A stretch of 64,000 bases of DNA, from positions 1-64,000 of IMG/VR virus record IMGVR_UViG_3300034520_000200; one strand, written 5' to 3'. This document shows, piece by piece, positions 59,557 through 64,000 of the stretch. The DNA is from a virus. The first letter of the stretch is position 1. Each line of letters begins with the position of its first letter. The translations under genes were made by a program, and so were the position numbers. Below the pieces are notes generated by a model. The model did not search any database, was not told the DNA's origin, and was given only the letters and a program-made list of their open reading frames with translations.

Positions 59557-60990
59557 ATGGCTCAACTGAAATCTGGCACGACTATAGGTGGTAATGTAGC
59601 ATTTCATACAGGGAATCTTACATCTGCTAACATAGGTTCAATCACATATGCTGCAGCAACAGGTTCAGCAAATGCTTATACTGTAACTTTAAATCCAGCA
59701 CCAACTTCATTAGTTGAAGGTCTTTGCGTTGCAGTAAAAATAAATGTTGACAACACTGGGGCAAGTACGTTAAATGTTAATGGTTTGGGGGCAAAACCGA
59801 TTAAGAAACCAAATGGTAATGATGTAAGTGTAGGAGATTTGAAAGCTAGTAATATATATACACTGAGGTATAATGGTACTAATTTTATATTACAAAGTGT
59901 ATTTCCAACAGCAACTGAAATAGGGGCAGTATCAACTTCAACATATACAGCATCTGATATTTTAGCTAAAATTAAAACTGTAGATGGTGTAAATAGTGGG
60001 TTGGATGCAGACTATGTTAGAGGGGAAGATGTAATTGAAAAGATAACTATACTTGAAAATAACTTATCTCGTGAAATCTATGATTCTTATAGGACAAGGT
60101 TAGAATTGTATTATTCTGGATATATTTCAAGTATAAATGTTAGTAATTTTAAAGGAATGTTGTTTGATGGATTTATAAATACAAATAATATAAATTCTTC
60201 AAGCACAACTGCAGTAATAAATACAACAGATAAACTTGTAGTATGCCCTTCAAGTGGTTCAACTGAATTAATTCCTTCAAGTGTGACTCTTATAACAAAC
60301 TATAATGATGCTATAGTTGCTAGAAGTGTTTCTAATATTATTGATAATAATACAAGCACAACTATTGGTAATTCATATAGTTCAGGATATAGTGGTTATG
60401 CGATAATAACAGCAGATTTAGGTAGTTTAAAGTGTTTACAAGGAATAAAAACATATGGGACATATACATCATCAGGTATTACTGATATATCATTATCACC
60501 GAACAATTCTTTATGGCTTGTTGGTAGTTGTATTCATGGTTTTAGTTTTGATAGTACTTATAGTTGGAAATCGACGACTTGGGATTATGCAGTAACAAGT
60601 AGATATGTTAAATTCAAATTTTTTATTAATAAAGGAAACTCTGGGTATTTAGCTGAGTTTAGAGTTTTAACTGCTACACCAAGTAGTTCTGTTTTACAAA
60701 CGGTACAAAAAACGCTAGATACTACTGTGAGCAAAGCAGTTCTTTATATAACTTATTATACACCAAGCGGAAGTAGTATTACTCCTCAAGTTTCAAATAA
60801 TGGTGGAACTACATTTAAAACGGCTACTCTTGAATCAAGTCAGCAAGATACATTCGACAGTTTTTATACAGAAAGTAAATACAATGTTACTTTTGATACT
60901 ACTGATAATAGAATTATTTTAAAAATATTATTAAATGCTTCTGGGCAAAGCTCACCAATTATCAAAAGATACTGTTTATATTGGTTATAA
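59557..60990 (+). CDS. tail fibre / receptor-binding protein
   Basis: G.ANAY.., NTGA.TLNVNGLGAK.I, KTVDG..SGLDAD, discoidin-like C-terminal region. Confidence 0.75.
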   Translation: MAQLKSGTTIGGNVAFHTGNLTSANIGSITYAAATGSANAYTVTLNPAPTSLVEGLCVAVKINVDNTGASTLNVNGLGAKPIKKPNGNDVSVGDLKASNIYTLRYNGTNFILQSVFPTATEIGAVSTSTYTASDILAKIKTVDGVNSGLDADYVRGEDVIEKITILENNLSREIYDSYRTRLELYYSGYISSINVSNFKGMLFDGFINTNNINSSSTTAVINTTDKLVVCPSSGSTELIPSSVTLITNYNDAIVARSVSNIIDNNTSTTIGNSYSSGYSGYAIITADLGSLKCLQGIKTYGTYTSSGITDISLSPNNSLWLVGSCIHGFSFDSTYSWKSTTWDYAVTSRYVKFKFFINKGNSGYLAEFRVLTATPSSSVLQTVQKTLDTTVSKAVLYITYYTPSGSSITPQVSNNGGTTFKTATLESSQQDTFDSFYTESKYNVTFDTTDNRIILKILLNASGQSSPIIKRYCLYWL

Positions 60991-61002
60991 GGAGGTAATT
61001 TT

Positions 61003-61152
61003 ATGCCTGAAATACGAAAAGACGGTGATATTTATTATTTTGAGAAAACTGAACAAGAAAAACAAGAGCGTATACACAAAGAGGAACTTCAACAGCGTAT
61101 AATGGATTTAGAAATGGCTATTGCTGCTATTCTTGGGGGTGCAGTTCAATGA
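61003..61152 (+). CDS. small tail-fibre-associated protein (49 aa)
   Basis: AAGGAGG RBS; RI.DLE.AIA motif. Confidence 0.6.
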   Translation: MPEIRKDGDIYYFEKTEQEKQERIHKEELQQRIMDLEMAIAAILGGAVQ

Positions 61153-61289
61153 TGCCTGCATGGAAGAAAAATATTTTCGTAAGAGTAATTCAATATCGTG
61201 TGGCAGAAGAAGGTCGGACTGTTGAGGAAATCCTAGCTGAATATCCTACATTGACACAAGACGAAAAGGATGAAATAAAAAAGCAATAG
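61149..61289 (+). CDS. small XkdX-like protein (46 aa)
   Basis: ATGA overlap; YP.LT.DEK.EI. Confidence 0.55.
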   Translation: MMPAWKKNIFVRVIQYRVAEEGRTVEEILAEYPTLTQDEKDEIKKQ

Positions 61290-61316
61290 AAAATTAATTT
61301 TAAATTTAAGGAGGTT

Positions 61317-62306
61317 ATGAAATTGAATATTCAACGTCCACTTGGAGTTATTCCGTCACGACCTGATTATCGTGATTATAGACTTAATCAATTTACTGAT
61401 ATTGAAAAAACATTTCCAGATTATTATTTAGTCCCTCCATATCAAAATGAGGAAGATATACCTGTATATGATCAAGGGTATACTTCTATGTGTGTTGCAT
61501 TTACAGGTGCATCAATTACTGAACAACAAGAATACTTAGAGACATCTAAATTTAGAAGGGTATCTCCTGGTTGGATTTACGGCAATAGAACTTCAGGTAT
61601 GTATCTAGGAGAAGGTATGGAGCCTCGAGAGGCATGGGCGCAACTTTGTAAAGATGGTGTTCCCGAATATGAAGATTTACCTGTCATTGGTTCTTTTACT
61701 GAATGTTATGAAGCTGTTTATAAAAATAAAGACAGGCTTTTGAAGAAAGCACAAAATTACAAAAAACTTTCTTATGTAGCAGTTAATTGGAAAGACGCTG
61801 ATGAAATAAGAACAGCTATAATGAAATGTGGTGCAATTAATGTTTGTATAGCAGTATATAAAGACTTTGATGAAGTAGGTAAAGACGGATTTCTTACTTC
61901 AAGTACTAAGGGTAGTATTAGAGGGTATCACTCTCTTACCTGTGTTGGATTTTTTACTAAAAATAACAAAGTGTATTTAATAATCTTAAACTCTTGGGGC
62001 AAAGAATGGGGTAAAAATGGATTATGCTATATGCCATATGATTACCGTGGAATTCAAGAGGTGTGGGCTATAACAGATATGCAAAGAAGAGTGATTGAAG
62101 CAAACATAGCTCCACTAATAATTCCTCCTGGTCATTTTGTAATACCGTTTAGAGGTTTGTTTGAGGCAGAAAATGCTGAGCAAATAAATTGGTGGTATAA
62201 TGAAAAAAGAAAGATAGAAGCTGAAGCAATACTTCCTGCGACTAAAAGACGTAGAATTCATGTAATTGAGGGCGAGAAAGACATCATAGTTGAATATCTT
62301 GAATGA
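61317..62306 (+). CDS. papain-like (C1A) cysteine peptidase
   Basis: DQG..SMC, GYH, NSWG.EWG..G catalytic motifs. Confidence 0.88.
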   Translation: MKLNIQRPLGVIPSRPDYRDYRLNQFTDIEKTFPDYYLVPPYQNEEDIPVYDQGYTSMCVAFTGASITEQQEYLETSKFRRVSPGWIYGNRTSGMYLGEGMEPREAWAQLCKDGVPEYEDLPVIGSFTECYEAVYKNKDRLLKKAQNYKKLSYVAVNWKDADEIRTAIMKCGAINVCIAVYKDFDEVGKDGFLTSSTKGSIRGYHSLTCVGFFTKNNKVYLIILNSWGKEWGKNGLCYMPYDYRGIQEVWAITDMQRRVIEANIAPLIIPPGHFVIPFRGLFEAENAEQINWWYNEKRKIEAEAILPATKRRRIHVIEGEKDIIVEYLE

Positions 62307-62316
62307 GGTGTATAAA

Positions 62317-63033
62317 ATGTTTATTATAATAGATGCAGGACATGGTGGTGTAGATCCTGGGGCTATTGGCCCCCAGGGTCTAAAAGAAAAAGATGTAAAT
62401 TTATCAATAGCATTAAAGTTAGGACGCAAATTATCTGTTTGTGGAGTCAAAATTGATTATACAAGAGTTGAAGACGACCCTCATTTTCCTACAGATGAAA
62501 GAGAAAATTTAGCAAAAAGAGTAAGTATCGCAAATACGGCAAAAGCAGACTTTTTCGTAAGTATACATTGTAATGGAAATGTCGAAAGTAATGCAAATGG
62601 AATAGAAACTTATTGTTGGAAACTTGGTGGTGAAGCTGAAAAATTAGCAAAATCAGTTCAAGAAAATTTAGTAAAAGCTACTGGGTTAAAAAATAGAGGA
62701 GTAAAAACTGCTAATTTTTACGTAATTAAATATACTTTAATGCCTGCAATTCTTGTAGAGACAGCATTTATAACTAATCCCATTGAAGAAAAATTATTAA
62801 GTTCAGACGAATTTAGAGACAAATTAGCATGTTCTATAACTAAAGGAATATGTGAATATCTTAAAATCAAGTATATAGATGAAAATACTTTTCAAGACGT
62901 CAGTTCTTGGGCTTTAGAAGCTTGGAAATGGGGAATTGAAGACGGAATTATTGATGGAATAGGACCTAAAAGAATACCTACAAGAGAAGAAATTGTAACT
63001 ATGTTATATAGATACAAAATGCTAAATAAATAA
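62317..63033 (+). CDS. N-acetylmuramoyl-L-alanine amidase (Amidase_3) with SLH-like C-terminus
   Basis: IDAGHGG.DPGA, EK, SIHCN, LVETAFI.N; F.DV..WA...P....TREE. Confidence 0.92.
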   Translation: MFIIIDAGHGGVDPGAIGPQGLKEKDVNLSIALKLGRKLSVCGVKIDYTRVEDDPHFPTDERENLAKRVSIANTAKADFFVSIHCNGNVESNANGIETYCWKLGGEAEKLAKSVQENLVKATGLKNRGVKTANFYVIKYTLMPAILVETAFITNPIEEKLLSSDEFRDKLACSITKGICEYLKIKYIDENTFQDVSSWALEAWKWGIEDGIIDGIGPKRIPTREEIVTMLYRYKMLNK

Positions 63034-63058
63034 TTTACTGAAAGTGAGGTAATGCCTC

Positions 63059-63487
63059 ATGGATCCAGAAAGAGAACAATCATTAATAACTGATGTTGAA
63101 GTCTTAAAAAATAATTATTCAAGATTAGAAAAAACAGTTGAAGATGGTTTTAAAGAAGCAAGAGAAATGTTAATTGAAGAAAGACGAAGAACTAATGGCA
63201 GTTTAGACAAAATTGCTAAAAACATAGAAAATATCTATGATAAGATAGAAGATATGAAAAACGATATTACTAATAAATTTGAAGCCCTTAAAAATGAAGT
63301 TATTGAAATTAAATTAAATCAAGTTAAAAAAGATGTTGAAACAGAAAATATACAAAAAGATGTTAGTAAAAATGAAGATTCTTTAAAAGAACATGCACAA
63401 TATAGTTGGAAAGATTCACTTCCAATTAATATATTATTGATTGTATTGTCATCTTTAATTACTTGGTTTATTTCTACAAAATTTTAA
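63059..63487 (+). CDS. coiled-coil membrane protein (lysis-associated)
   Basis: heptad region plus C-terminal TM segment. Confidence 0.6.
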   Translation: MDPEREQSLITDVEVLKNNYSRLEKTVEDGFKEAREMLIEERRRTNGSLDKIAKNIENIYDKIEDMKNDITNKFEALKNEVIEIKLNQVKKDVETENIQKDVSKNEDSLKEHAQYSWKDSLPINILLIVLSSLITWFISTKF

Positions 63488-63515
63488 TTAAATAAAATCA
63501 AAATAAAAGAGGTGT

Positions 63516-63953
63516 TTGAAAGTGGAATTAACTCCTATTCAACAGTTATTAATTCAGTCAGTAATGCCTATTGTTGGAACTTTAATAAGTACCTTGTTAA
63601 CTGTGCTTCTTGGATATTTTGCATCTTATATGAAACAAAAATATCAAAATGAAAAAATACAAGAAGCAATTCAAATTACAGAAAATGCAGCTTATGATGT
63701 AGTTATGGGACTTGAACAGACTGTTGTTAGTGATTTATTGAAGGCATCTTCAGATGGTAAGTTAACAGAAGAAGATAAGATAATGTTAAAAAATAATGCT
63801 TTAGTTACTTTAAAATCTAGAATTAAACCTCATGTAAAAAATTCATTGCAATTAGTATATGATAATTTAGATAAATATTTTGAAGATTTACTTGAAACAA
63901 CAGTAAAAGAAGTTAAAACTGAATATCCTAGAAAAAACACAAATAAAATTTAA
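63516..63953 (+). CDS. holin (LL-H-like, putative)
   Basis: N-terminal TM segment, V...EQ, K...A motif; after endolysin. Confidence 0.65.
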   Translation: MKVELTPIQQLLIQSVMPIVGTLISTLLTVLLGYFASYMKQKYQNEKIQEAIQITENAAYDVVMGLEQTVVSDLLKASSDGKLTEEDKIMLKNNALVTLKSRIKPHVKNSLQLVYDNLDKYFEDLLETTVKEVKTEYPRKNTNKI

Positions 63954-64000
63954 AATCTAAATTTACTCTATAGACCTTCAAATTTAAGGTATATATTTTT

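Noticed and set aside
57436-60990. Diversity-generating retroelement or invertible fibre cassette
   Set aside because: Repeats are ordinary in-frame protein repeats; no reverse transcriptase or invertase, and no adenine-specific TR/VR pair seen
1-64000. tRNA/rRNA genes, integrase, alternative genetic code; short antisense ORFs inside long genes
   Set aside because: No cloverleaf or recombinase recognised by eye; long genes are intact in code 11; antisense ORFs are shadows without RBSs

Overview
AT-rich segment of a tailed dsDNA phage with a contractile tail (myovirus-type). The host is most likely a spore-forming, S-layer-bearing Firmicute: the genes carry AGGAGG RBSs and sigma-A-type promoters, and the window encodes SASP and SpoIIID homologues and an SLH-bearing amidase. 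Layout: (i) nucleotide metabolism (dCTP deaminase, class II RNR) and an antisense SASP gene, 1-3.7 kb; (ii) a ~21 kb accessory or putative early region of two converging arms of small promoter-gene-hairpin cassettes (+ arm ~3.9-12.0 kb, - arm 24.5 to 12.25 kb); (iii) a divergent, repeat-rich junction at 24.5-24.9 kb; (iv) a rightward block with SpoIIID-like, phosphoesterase, TerS, Tmk, TerL, portal, protease/scaffold, MCP, neck, sheath, tube, TMP, baseplate, fibres and lysis genes. The most striking unexplained structure is at the RNA/DNA-motif level in the accessory region. A candidate ~190-nt sRNA (7456-7645) has unpaired segments antisense to the translation-start regions of several - arm genes. 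Six - arm leaders carry an rrn boxA-like motif. Two paralogous genes are each enclosed by long 5'UTR/3'UTR inverted repeats. There is a five-member paralog family with an H(L/M)GT motif, and 23 same-strand copies of GGGCTCT. All calls are by eye from the sequence and ORF track; no searches or folding programs were run.
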